From a virus: a stretch of 64,000 bases of DNA. Position 1 is the first letter of the stretch; each line of letters opens with the position of its first letter. A model generated the notes under the pieces. The model did not search any database. It saw only the letters and a program-made list of their open reading frames with translations, and was not told where the DNA came from. The translations under genes were made by a program, and so were the position numbers. The stretch is taken from the IMG/VR virus record IMGVR_UViG_3300002231_001563, positions 103,581 through 167,580 of that record; one strand, 5' to 3'. This document shows positions 9,878 to 18,772 of the stretch, one piece after another.

Positions 9878-11188
9878 GTGATGCCCTTCAATATCAAGAA
9901 AGCAATAAATTTATTGGACAGAAAGAGAGACCTTACGGCAGAAAACGGAGATCGCAGCAAGGATCTATTTTATGGTCGAATTTTATATGACAATTATGCT
10001 TATTCATCTATTTCCTCGTTAAAAATTTATGAATCTCTGCTGCCCATCCGCAATTTCAGAATAGCCGAAAATTGTTTTTATGGACGCATTTCCCCAGATT
10101 ATCATGCCATTGTGCCGTTGCCTCACACACTAGTATTTGTCAAAGAAGGCGTGGCAGCTTCTCGCTATGCCTTGACGGCTTTTGAGGCCCTGCAGTCCGC
10201 CGCCACAAGAGATGTGGCCTCGGGTAAATTACCAGCAGACATTCCCTATATTTCAGACATACAGGCCCACTCGGGCTATGACGATATTAATACAAAGTAT
10301 AATTCATGGGCTAAAGATGCCTTGATGGGCACTTTTAGTTCGTATGTCGCTCAAACGGGACAGGATGAAAAGGTAGTCACCTTTGATAGTTTTATGAAAA
10401 TCTTCGAAGAACACTTGACAGCCATCATAGAGCAAGTCGGCGCCGCAACCTTCTCTTCTTATTGTCTCTCTACCAGGAGTAGTGTCAAATCAAGCGGCTT
10501 GGCTCTAGATATAGCGGATCTTGATTTGTCTAAAGATTCGGATAAGATAGAATTTTCAAGTAGTCCTTATTTTTCTTATTACGTTCAACTCGCCCACTCC
10601 TTTGGATTTTTTGTAGACTATAACGCGCCCTGGAGGCTAATATTGGATATCACCTCTCCTGTCACTATGAGGAGGTATGATTATGATAATCTCTTTTCTT
10701 TCTTTGATCTTACTTCGCGCAATGCCTATAATGATGATTTGGCCGTCTTAAAGCACATGGCGTTCAAGACGTACACAAATTACGTTACACAATCTCCCTC
10801 TTTTCGAAAAAGCCGAGTAACGCGCGCCGGGTGTCCCGATGACACATATATAATTCGCCAGCGGTTATCCTTGGAGGAATTCGAAGCTAATTACACCGAT
10901 GAGTATTGGCTATCCTTCTATATCTCCCTCAAAAACAAAGAAAAGAATTTGAATTTTTCGCAGCACCAAGTGGCACAAATCCAAAAAAATGCAAAAGAAT
11001 ATAAAAAACATGTTGACATCCAGACCGCAATGCGTTATATTAATAATATCTTTCAAGACCTTCCGGCACAGGAAGGGTCTTACTATTCATTACTCACCAG
11101 GGCACAATATAAGGGAATAGGGTCCCCGCCATTTGAAGATTTCGATAGGTATATCGAAAATGTGGTGAGATCTTATAAGCAAATTTAG
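9878..11188 (+). CDS. hypothetical protein (436 aa)
   Basis: Long ORF at end of tail block; no motif recognised. Confidence 0.6.
   Translation: MMPFNIKKAINLLDRKRDLTAENGDRSKDLFYGRILYDNYAYSSISSLKIYESLLPIRNFRIAENCFYGRISPDYHAIVPLPHTLVFVKEGVAASRYALTAFEALQSAATRDVASGKLPADIPYISDIQAHSGYDDINTKYNSWAKDALMGTFSSYVAQTGQDEKVVTFDSFMKIFEEHLTAIIEQVGAATFSSYCLSTRSSVKSSGLALDIADLDLSKDSDKIEFSSSPYFSYYVQLAHSFGFFVDYNAPWRLILDITSPVTMRRYDYDNLFSFFDLTSRNAYNDDLAVLKHMAFKTYTNYVTQSPSFRKSRVTRAGCPDDTYIIRQRLSLEEFEANYTDEYWLSFYISLKNKEKNLNFSQHQVAQIQKNAKEYKKHVDIQTAMRYINNIFQDLPAQEGSYYSLLTRAQYKGIGSPPFEDFDRYIENVVRSYKQI
11013..11041 (+). promoter_or_regulatory. sigma70-type promoter inside upstream CDS, feeding polA-like gene
   Basis: TTGACA-17-TATATT. 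Confidence 0.6.
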
Positions 11189-11196
11189 GGGTTTAA

Positions 11197-12381
11197 TTGC
11201 TTTTTCAAACACTCGATGACAAAAAAGAGTGCACAGGGCTGTATATAAATCGAGAGCTGGACTTCAGCGGAACGCTCCCATTGGGCCTCTCGCGCACTTG
11301 GTCATATTCAGCCTTTCTAGAAGATTTAGAGGTGGAATATGCCAAGATTTATTGTGGAGGAATTACACTCGATAAGGCATGCCCAGAGGCGCTTAGAGAC
11401 CGCTGGACGTCCACTAGCGAGCAATTGCAAGCATTCATCCGATCTTTTCATACGGCTCGTGTATCGCTCCATGAGAACTGTTTTTTTGATTTAGTGCCTG
11501 AAAAGTTTCTTTTGGAGTTTTGCGATATCAAAAACCAGATTTGTGAGTATGTTTTTGCTACTCACCAAAAGCCCGCTAATTATGATTATCTTCTCGAACT
11601 GACAAAACTAATCGAACAAATAAAATATCAACCCCTCAATATCAATGCAGGTAATCTGTCACTCTTTAAATCATCTCATAGAAAATTTGCACAAAAATTA
11701 AAAACCCTTTCCCCTTTTTGTAGCTTTAATATATATGGAACCAAGACCGGCCGCCTAACAAGTTTCAAGCATAGCTTCCCGATACTCACTCTTGATAAAA
11801 CTCTGAGAGGAGTCTTGGAGCCCCATAATGATTATTTTATAGAAATTGATTTCAATGCAGCAGAATTGAGAACCCTTCTTTCGTTGCAGGGAAAACCTCA
11901 ACCTGACGAAGACATGCATGCTTGGAATATTAAAAACGTTTTCCGAGGCTTGGGAACCAGAGAGGAGGCCAAGAAGAGAATTTTTGCTTGGTTATACAAC
12001 CCGGAGAGTGAAGACTATCTCTGTGAGCGAGCCTACGACAGAGGCTCTGTGGTACAAAAGCACTTCACTGGGGGCCAAGTGACAACCTTTTTTAACAAGG
12101 CCATTCCATCAGCCGAGAGGACGGCCTTAAATTATATTATTCAGAGTACATGCGCAGAGAATGTTTTGAGACAAATGATAAAGGTGTCTAATTATTTAAA
12201 AGATAAAAAGTCTTTCGTTGCTTTTCCTATTCATGATTCAATTGTTATTGATTTCTCCTTAGAGGACAGGGAATTATTGCCTGAAATTATAGAAACTTTC
12301 TCTGCCACGGAGTTGGGAAAATTCATGACAAATATCAGTGTAGGGAAAAACTTTGGCTCTATGGAAAAAATGAGGATTTAA
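11197..12381 (+). CDS. minimal family A DNA polymerase (polymerase domain only)
   Basis: GTKTGRL, motif A IDFNAAELRTL, motif B REEAKKRIFAWLY, motif C IHDSIVID; only 394 aa, no recognisable exonuclease domain. Confidence 0.8.
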   Translation: MLFQTLDDKKECTGLYINRELDFSGTLPLGLSRTWSYSAFLEDLEVEYAKIYCGGITLDKACPEALRDRWTSTSEQLQAFIRSFHTARVSLHENCFFDLVPEKFLLEFCDIKNQICEYVFATHQKPANYDYLLELTKLIEQIKYQPLNINAGNLSLFKSSHRKFAQKLKTLSPFCSFNIYGTKTGRLTSFKHSFPILTLDKTLRGVLEPHNDYFIEIDFNAAELRTLLSLQGKPQPDEDMHAWNIKNVFRGLGTREEAKKRIFAWLYNPESEDYLCERAYDRGSVVQKHFTGGQVTTFFNKAIPSAERTALNYIIQSTCAENVLRQMIKVSNYLKDKKSFVAFPIHDSIVIDFSLEDRELLPEIIETFSATELGKFMTNISVGKNFGSMEKMRI

Positions 12382-12385
12382 GAGA

Positions 12386-13234
12386 ATGAACATCATAGGT
12401 TTGGGTAAAGCAGGGTGTGCCATTGCAGATAGCCTGGGAGAATACCCCCAATATAAAAAAATAAAAATAGATGTTGACATTAGTGGAAAAGGATGCTATA
12501 CTTTACCTACGTTTGAAAATGCAGAGGATTATGAAAACTATGACTATCCTAAATTAAAATCTTTTCTTAAGGATCTCAAGGGACAGACTGTATTTGTACT
12601 TGCTGGGTCTGGCACATCGTCGTGTGCCTCTTTGAGAATCCTGGAACACCTCAGGCGCTTACCAATTTCAATTTTATATATTCAGCCAGATCTAGAGTTG
12701 CTCACTGAGAAACAAAACCTACAAGAAAGGGTGGTGTTTCATGTTTTACAGGAATATGCCAGATCCGGCGTTTTTGAGGAAATGTGTATTATATCCAATA
12801 CGAGCCTTGACACCGCCCTCGGGGGCGCCCCAATTTTGGGATACTACGAGAAGTTAAACGAGATTTTGATAAATACGATTCATATGATAAATATTTTTAG
12901 AAATTCAGAGCCAGTGCTCGGAAACATAGGAGATTCCAAACAAACTCACAGAATATTCACCGTTGGGATCTTTGATCCGAAAAAAGATTCAGAAAAAATG
13001 CTTTTTTCCCTTGACAATGCCCGCGAAAGATGTTATATTTATGGTATCAATGAAGATAAGTTAAAGACCGATACGCATTTATTATCTAAATTGAAAAAAC
13101 AAATAAACTCGAAGTCGAAGGAGAATTTAGCCATATCGTATGCAGTTTATTCTACGGAATACGATAATGACATAGGGTATATTATAGAAAAAACACCACA
13201 CCCACAACAAAGAAAAAAAACTAACATAAATTAA
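12386..13234 (+). CDS. tubulin/FtsZ-like protein (PhuZ/TubZ-like)
   Basis: MNIIGLGKAGCAIADSL N-terminal GTPase strand; LAGSGTSS variant of the GGGTGSG loop; ILYIQPD. Confidence 0.75.
   Translation: MNIIGLGKAGCAIADSLGEYPQYKKIKIDVDISGKGCYTLPTFENAEDYENYDYPKLKSFLKDLKGQTVFVLAGSGTSSCASLRILEHLRRLPISILYIQPDLELLTEKQNLQERVVFHVLQEYARSGVFEEMCIISNTSLDTALGGAPILGYYEKLNEILINTIHMINIFRNSEPVLGNIGDSKQTHRIFTVGIFDPKKDSEKMLFSLDNARERCYIYGINEDKLKTDTHLLSKLKKQINSKSKENLAISYAVYSTEYDNDIGYIIEKTPHPQQRKKTNIN
12474..12502 (+). promoter_or_regulatory. sigma70-type promoter inside tubulin-like gene
   Basis: TTGACA-17-TATACT with TGn extended -10. Confidence 0.5.
13011..13039 (+). promoter_or_regulatory. sigma70-type promoter inside tubulin-like gene, upstream of SSB
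   Basis: TTGACA-17-TATATT with TGn extended -10. Confidence 0.65.
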
Positions 13235-13305
13235 ACTCAGTAGGGCGAGAGATTTGTCGCCCTAACTTTAGCTACTAGCACAATTTCATCAAAGGAGAAA
13301 ATAAC

Positions 13306-14085
13306 ATGGCTTTAGATATTACAAAAATTCGAGCACGTCTCGAAAACGTTAAGAACAATGGCAAGGCGGGAGGAAGCTTCTGGCGGCCAAAAGATGGAAC
13401 GCAAGTAATCCGAATTGTCCCCACTTCAGATGGCGACCCTTTTAAAGATTACTGGTTTCATTACAACCTAGGTCCGGATCAAAGAGGCGGCCTTCTTTGT
13501 CCCAATAAAAATCATGGTGAGGATTGTCCTATCTGCAACTTCAAAGATCAGCTTTGGAAGGACTTTAACGCAACACAGGACCCGGATACGATGAAATTGG
13601 CAAAAGATTTGTCACCTCGTCAGCGGTTCTTCTCTCCCGTTATGGTTCGCACCGAGGAAGGCGAAGGTATCCGTATCTGGGGCTATGGTAAAGAGGCCTA
13701 CACCTCTCTTCTCAACTTAGTATTAAATCCTGAATATGGTGATATTACCGACGTTGATGACGGAACCGATCTCACTCTTACCTATGGAAAACCTCCTGGG
13801 GCTAATTTCCCCAAAACTACCCTCACACCTCGGCGACGTACAAGTCCCCTTTGTGATGATATGGTCGGCGGAGATGAGGAGTGCACACGGCTGCTAGACA
13901 ATATTCCTAGTTTTGATAACCTCTTTCCGGTTAAAACCAAGGAAGAGGTTCAGGCGGCCCTTGATGGTTTCATCAATTCTCTAGCAGGAGATGAAGAAGC
14001 GTCAGATATTAGTGTTTCTCAATTGAGCGACACCTCCACTACTCCAGATGTTGTAGCGGCTTTCAACGAGCTTACAGGCAATTAA
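13306..14085 (+). CDS. single-stranded DNA-binding protein (T4 gp32-like)
   Basis: FWRPKDGTQVIRIVP, YWFHY, LCPNKNHGEDCPIC Zn site, IRIWGYGK, DITDVDDGTDLTL. Confidence 0.85.
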   Translation: MALDITKIRARLENVKNNGKAGGSFWRPKDGTQVIRIVPTSDGDPFKDYWFHYNLGPDQRGGLLCPNKNHGEDCPICNFKDQLWKDFNATQDPDTMKLAKDLSPRQRFFSPVMVRTEEGEGIRIWGYGKEAYTSLLNLVLNPEYGDITDVDDGTDLTLTYGKPPGANFPKTTLTPRRRTSPLCDDMVGGDEECTRLLDNIPSFDNLFPVKTKEEVQAALDGFINSLAGDEEASDISVSQLSDTSTTPDVVAAFNELTGN

Positions 14086-14090
14086 CCCCC

Positions 14091-14123
14091 ACCGCAGGGA
14101 GGCACGGGTTTAGAGGTGCCTCA
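14091..14123 (+). repeat. 33-nt repeated hairpin element, copy 1
   Basis: ACCGCAGGGAGGCACGGGTTTAGAGGTGCCTCA; stem GAGGCAC/GTGCCTC. Confidence 0.85.
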
Positions 14124-14146
14124 ACATTTCTAAAAAAGGAAGAAAA

Positions 14147-14581
14147 ATGACAGTAGCAGCAAAAGGAAGTCAAGTTAGTGTTCACTATCGCGGAACCTTA
14201 ACTGATGGAACCGAATTTGATAATTCATATTCCCGAAATACCCCCATTACATTTCAGCTTGGATCGGGCCAGATGATTGCAGGATTTGATAGCGCCGTAG
14301 TCGGAATGACAATTGGCGAAACCAAAACCATCACCATCTCTCCTGAAGATGCCTATGGAGCACCAGATCCAGAGAGGAAAACAGAGCTTTCACGAGACTT
14401 ATTTCCCACTGAATTGGAATTGGAAGAAGGCATGCCCGTCCCTTTGGGTACTCCTGATGGTCGCCACCTAGTGGGAAAGATTACGCAGTTAAGCGAGCAA
14501 ACTGTAACGGTCGACCTGAACCACCCTCTTGCGGGTGAAGAACTGAGCTTTGATATTGAGCTAGTTGAAATTGAAGAATAG
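14147..14581 (+). CDS. FKBP-type peptidyl-prolyl isomerase (SlyD/FkpB-like)
   Basis: VSVHYRGTLTDGTEFDNS, GSGQMIAGFD, PEDAYG, VDLNHPLAGEELSFDIELV. Confidence 0.95.
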   Translation: MTVAAKGSQVSVHYRGTLTDGTEFDNSYSRNTPITFQLGSGQMIAGFDSAVVGMTIGETKTITISPEDAYGAPDPERKTELSRDLFPTELELEEGMPVPLGTPDGRHLVGKITQLSEQTVTVDLNHPLAGEELSFDIELVEIEE

Positions 14582-14598
14582 GCAGGTATAGGGAAAAG

Positions 14599-14631
14599 AC
14601 CGCAGGGAGGCACGGGTTTACAGGTGTCTTA
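14599..14631 (+). repeat. 33-nt repeated hairpin element, copy 2 (followed by T8)
   Basis: ACCGCAGGGAGGCACGGGTTTACAGGTGTCTTA; 30/33 identical to copy 1. Confidence 0.85.
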
Positions 14632-14656
14632 TTTTTTTTAAGGGAGTTAATTAAGA

Positions 14657-15760
14657 ATGGCAAAACGAACTTCAACTGGCAAGCTTTCTATGTCCGAAAT
14701 GAGAAAGCTCATCAACAAGAAGGCGGGCATGAATGTGGCCCACAACCTAAAAGAAGAGAATCCTACAGAGGTTATCCAATGGATTCCGACTGGCTCACGC
14801 TGGCTGGACTCAATTATTTGCAGAGGAAAATTAGCGGGCATTCCTGTAGGGAAGATTTCGGAGATCGCTGGTTTAGAGGCTACGGGAAAATCCTATATGG
14901 CCGCCCAGATTGCGGCCAATGCTCAAAAAATGGGTATGGATGTTGTATATTTTGACTCCGAGTCAGCCATTGACCCTTACTTCTTGGAGAATACTGGCTG
15001 CGATTTAGAAAAATTACTCTATATTCAAGCCACTTCGGTAGAATTTGTTCTCGAAACCATGGAAGAATTGCTAGGTTCTGACAACCAAATACTTTTTATT
15101 TGGGATTCCCTCGCTCTCACTCCGGCTATCTCTGATGTAGAGGGGGATTTCAACCCTCAATCATCGATGGCCATGAAGGCTCGGATCCTCTCTAAGGGTA
15201 TGTCGAAACTGACGGTACCAATCGCTAACACCAAGTCGACTTTCCTTGTCTTAAATCAACTGAAGACCAATATTACGCGCTCACCCAGTGAGGCGATGAC
15301 AACTCCTTATGTCACGCCGGGCGGCAAGGCCATAATATACGCATACTCTCTACGCATTTGGTTAACTGGGAGAAAAGCAAAAGCCAGTTTTGTCCTGGAT
15401 GATAATGGCTTTCGAATTGGTTCCGAGGTGAAGGTAAAGCTGGAGAAGTCCCGTTTTGGCACTCAGGGGCGCCGCTGTAACTTTCGTATTTTATGGGGAG
15501 GCGACAAGGTAGCCATTCAGGATGATGAATCGCTGTTCGAGGCCGTGAAGGGCTCAGACAATATTATTCAATCCGGCGCGTGGTTCACTATGGTATTTGA
15601 AGACGGCTCCACTGAAAAATTCCAGGCATCCAAATGGGCCGACAAGATGCAGAGCGACGCCTTTCGAAACAGGGTTTATCAAATTATTGATGAGGAAGTC
15701 ATTATGAAATTCGACAATCGACAGGGTAAAGCCGAAGACTTTTATGACTCTGAGGAGTAA
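14657..15760 (+). CDS. recA: RecA/UvsX-family recombinase
   Basis: IPTGSRWLD, Walker A GLEATGKS, FDSESAID, IWDSLA, LNQLK, TPGGKA, KLEKSRF. Confidence 0.92.
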   Translation: MAKRTSTGKLSMSEMRKLINKKAGMNVAHNLKEENPTEVIQWIPTGSRWLDSIICRGKLAGIPVGKISEIAGLEATGKSYMAAQIAANAQKMGMDVVYFDSESAIDPYFLENTGCDLEKLLYIQATSVEFVLETMEELLGSDNQILFIWDSLALTPAISDVEGDFNPQSSMAMKARILSKGMSKLTVPIANTKSTFLVLNQLKTNITRSPSEAMTTPYVTPGGKAIIYAYSLRIWLTGRKAKASFVLDDNGFRIGSEVKVKLEKSRFGTQGRRCNFRILWGGDKVAIQDDESLFEAVKGSDNIIQSGAWFTMVFEDGSTEKFQASKWADKMQSDAFRNRVYQIIDEEVIMKFDNRQGKAEDFYDSEE

Positions 15761-15777
15761 GGCGCACTATATAGATC

Positions 15778-16401
15778 ATGAGCGACGATCTATTGAAAAT
15801 GCGACATCACAAACTCTTGTTTGAGCTTAAATTTTTGTACGCTGATTTGAATTATCATCAAACGATTGCCGACGATGCAGCCAGAGATTTTCAGGCTACA
15901 TTTTTAAATTTTTGCGAAGAAAAAGATACCCTCGATACCCTATTTCCCAAGCGACCATCGCCAGTAGAAATCAGCCCACCCGCATCAGCTGATTCGGAAA
16001 AAATTTATGATCCTCCAAAATCCACCATCGATAAGGAAGTTAAAAATTTGCACAAAAAGATTGCCTCCCTTACTCATCCGGACAAGGTACTGAAACTGTC
16101 CCAAGCCGAAAAGACATATCGCGAAGGCATCTTCCTCAAAGCTTCTGCCTTTGCAAGTGCAAATGACTTGTTCGCTCTGCAACAACTAGCTTTAGAGTTG
16201 GGAATAGAATTAGCCGAACCTACAGCTCCCCAATTAGAATTATTCGAGGAAGAGGCTCAAAAAATTAAAAAACAAATTCACCAAATGCAAAACACATATG
16301 CTTGGCACTGGCACCATAATTCCGATCCTCAAGAAAAGGACAAAATCATGACTCGCTACCATTCAGCCATGCTAAACTCACTATCAAAGAAGGAAGAATG
16401 A
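15778..16401 (+). CDS. J-domain-like (HPD motif) protein
   Basis: VKNLHKKIASLTHPDKV resembles DnaJ helix II-HPD. Confidence 0.65.
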   Translation: MSDDLLKMRHHKLLFELKFLYADLNYHQTIADDAARDFQATFLNFCEEKDTLDTLFPKRPSPVEISPPASADSEKIYDPPKSTIDKEVKNLHKKIASLTHPDKVLKLSQAEKTYREGIFLKASAFASANDLFALQQLALELGIELAEPTAPQLELFEEEAQKIKKQIHQMQNTYAWHWHHNSDPQEKDKIMTRYHSAMLNSLSKKEE

Positions 16402-17354
16402 AGCGATTATTAGTTATCGATGCCCTTAACGCATACTTTCGCGCGTACATTGTTAATCCCAGCTTGTCTCTAAACGGCCAGCCAATTGGCGGGTATAAAG
16501 GATTCTTAGGAATTCTCCAGAAATTATGCCGAGAGATGCGCCCCGATGAAATTATTATAGCCTGGGACGGCGCCGGCGGCTCCGCACGACGCAAGGCCGT
16601 TAATAAGAATTATAAAGAGGGACGCAAGCCCATTCGCCTCAACCGCGATGTCCGTCATCTCACTGAAGATGAGGAAATGAAAAATAAGGTTTGGCAACAA
16701 TATCGCTTAATGGACACAATGAATCACATGCCTGTCATTCAATTGATGCTGGAAAGCGTAGAGGCCGATGATATCATCTCTTATGTAACTCAGTCGCCCA
16801 TCTATCAGGGGTGGCAAAAGGTGATTGTCTCAAGCGATAAAGATTTTTTTCAATTATGTGACAATGAAACTGTTTTGTACCGGCCGATTCAGAAGGTTTT
16901 CGTAAATGAACCCCGAATTCTAGCCGAGCATGGAATTCATCCTACCAATTTTGCATTAGCGCGCGCCCTAGCCGGAGATAAATCCGACAACCTCCCCGGC
17001 ATTAAAGGGGTGGGCCTGGCCACCATCTCAAAGCGCTTTCCCTTCTTCTCGGGGGAGGAGTCAGTTACTATTGAGGAGTTGTTAGAATTTTGCGAAAATG
17101 ACAACACAGGCCTTAAGGTGTTCTCCTCTATTTTGGAGGGGTCGTCTGTTATCGAGGAAAATTATAAAATCATGCAGCTTTATTCTCCCTCTATTTCTAT
17201 TGATGGGAAAAATAGGATTAAGCACACGCTCGAAAATTTCGAGCCACAATTTAATAAAACAGAGATTATTAAAAGAATGACAGAAGATGGCTTCGGAAAT
17301 TGGGATTCGTCCGCCCTATTCGCCACCTTTAAAAGAATTACAAGTAAGGCTTGA
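16398..17354 (+). CDS. 5'-3' exonuclease / flap endonuclease (PolI N-domain, T4 RNase H-like)
   Basis: LLVIDALN, AWDG, YKEGR, VEADDII, SSDKDFFQL, LAGDKSDNLPGIKGVGLAT. Confidence 0.93.
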   Translation: MKRLLVIDALNAYFRAYIVNPSLSLNGQPIGGYKGFLGILQKLCREMRPDEIIIAWDGAGGSARRKAVNKNYKEGRKPIRLNRDVRHLTEDEEMKNKVWQQYRLMDTMNHMPVIQLMLESVEADDIISYVTQSPIYQGWQKVIVSSDKDFFQLCDNETVLYRPIQKVFVNEPRILAEHGIHPTNFALARALAGDKSDNLPGIKGVGLATISKRFPFFSGEESVTIEELLEFCENDNTGLKVFSSILEGSSVIEENYKIMQLYSPSISIDGKNRIKHTLENFEPQFNKTEIIKRMTEDGFGNWDSSALFATFKRITSKA

Positions 17355-17379
17355 CAAAGAATGATCGGTATGTTATATT
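17351..17379 (+). promoter_or_regulatory. sigma70-type promoter
   Basis: TTGACA-17-TATATT with TGn; the ORF-track 'start' at 17351 is this -35 box. Confidence 0.7.
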
Positions 17380-17398
17380 AAAAAGGTCAGGGGGTATT

Positions 17399-18772
17399 TT
17401 GGCAAAAGAAAATTTCAGTCAATATGGTAAAGACTTTCAAGAATCTTTGTGCCATCTCATATTAGTGGACCGTCCATTCGCCGATCAAATGCTGGAAGTC
17501 CTAAATATCAATTTTCTGGAACTTAGGTATCTCCAGGTATTTGTTGAGCTAGTAAAGAATTACAGGGAAAAATTCACCGTCCACCCCACTGAAAAGATTA
17601 TGACCTCTATTTTAAGGACGGAATTGGAGGGGTATAATGAGTCGGTGCAACAGCAAATTAGAAACTATTTTGCACGGATTTCACGCGCCGAGCCTCAAGA
17701 TGTAGAATACATCACCCACACCTCTTTGGATTTCTGCCGGAAACAGAAATTAAAAGAAGCTATGCTTAAATCAGTTAAGCTCCTTAAAGATTCATCTTTT
17801 GACGAGATCTCTAATTTGATAAACGAGGCTTTGAAGCTCGGCGCCGACTCAAATTTTGGTCATGATTACGTGAAGGATTTTGAACAGAGATTTTTATTTA
17901 AATCGCGAAATCCAATTCCAACTGGCTGGAGCGAACTGGACGCCATCACTCATCAAGGTTTGGGCCAGGGAGAGTTGGGTGTGGTCATCGCTCCCACTGG
18001 CGCCGGAAAATCCATGGCCCTAGTTCATATCGGATCCGAGGCTCTCAAAGCTGGAAAAAATGTAATATACTATACCCTAGAATTGTCTGATACCGTCGTT
18101 GGTTCTCGTTTTGACAGCTGCATTACCAATGTTCCTTTGAATGATCTCCACTCCTTTAAGGAAGAAATATATGAAAAGGTGCAACTCCTTTCGGGCCAAT
18201 TAATTGTAAAAGAATATCCTACAAAATCCGCCAGCGCGAATACTTTAAAAGCCCATTTAGAAAAAGTTATTAGTCGGGGTTTCGAGCCCGATATGATTAT
18301 CGTTGATTATGGAGATTTATTGCGCCCTATTTCAACTTTAAGAGAGAAAAGGCACGAGTTAGAGACTATTTATGAACAGCTTCGCGCCTTGGCCCAAACA
18401 CACAATTGTTGTGTTTGGACGGCTTCTCAAACAAACCGCTCTGGACTTAATGCCGAAGTAATCACTATGGAATCTATATCGGAGGCATTTAATAAGTGTT
18501 TTGTAGCAGACTTTATTTTTTCAATATCCCGAACGGCGGAAGACAAGTTGAGTAATTCTGGACGTATTTTTGTTGCCAAAAACCGAAATGGAATTGATGG
18601 AGTAATCCACCCTATCTATATGGATACTCGCAATATTACGATTAATGTATTGCCGTCTTCCGGAGAGACTATTGGTGATGTTAAAAAAGAGGCCAAAAAG
18701 AGGCAAGAGAAGAAGCTCGTAACTTTATATAAAAAAGCAAAAAATACCGGAGGAAAAAATAATGTCAATTAG
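17399..18772 (+). CDS. DnaB/gp41-like replicative helicase
   Basis: Walker A APTGAGKS, YYTLEL, IVDYGDLL, WTASQTNRSG, AKNRNG; TTG start at 17399 after GGGGG. Confidence 0.92.
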   Translation: MAKENFSQYGKDFQESLCHLILVDRPFADQMLEVLNINFLELRYLQVFVELVKNYREKFTVHPTEKIMTSILRTELEGYNESVQQQIRNYFARISRAEPQDVEYITHTSLDFCRKQKLKEAMLKSVKLLKDSSFDEISNLINEALKLGADSNFGHDYVKDFEQRFLFKSRNPIPTGWSELDAITHQGLGQGELGVVIAPTGAGKSMALVHIGSEALKAGKNVIYYTLELSDTVVGSRFDSCITNVPLNDLHSFKEEIYEKVQLLSGQLIVKEYPTKSASANTLKAHLEKVISRGFEPDMIIVDYGDLLRPISTLREKRHELETIYEQLRALAQTHNCCVWTASQTNRSGLNAEVITMESISEAFNKCFVADFIFSISRTAEDKLSNSGRIFVAKNRNGIDGVIHPIYMDTRNITINVLPSSGETIGDVKKEAKKRQEKKLVTLYKKAKNTGGKNNVN

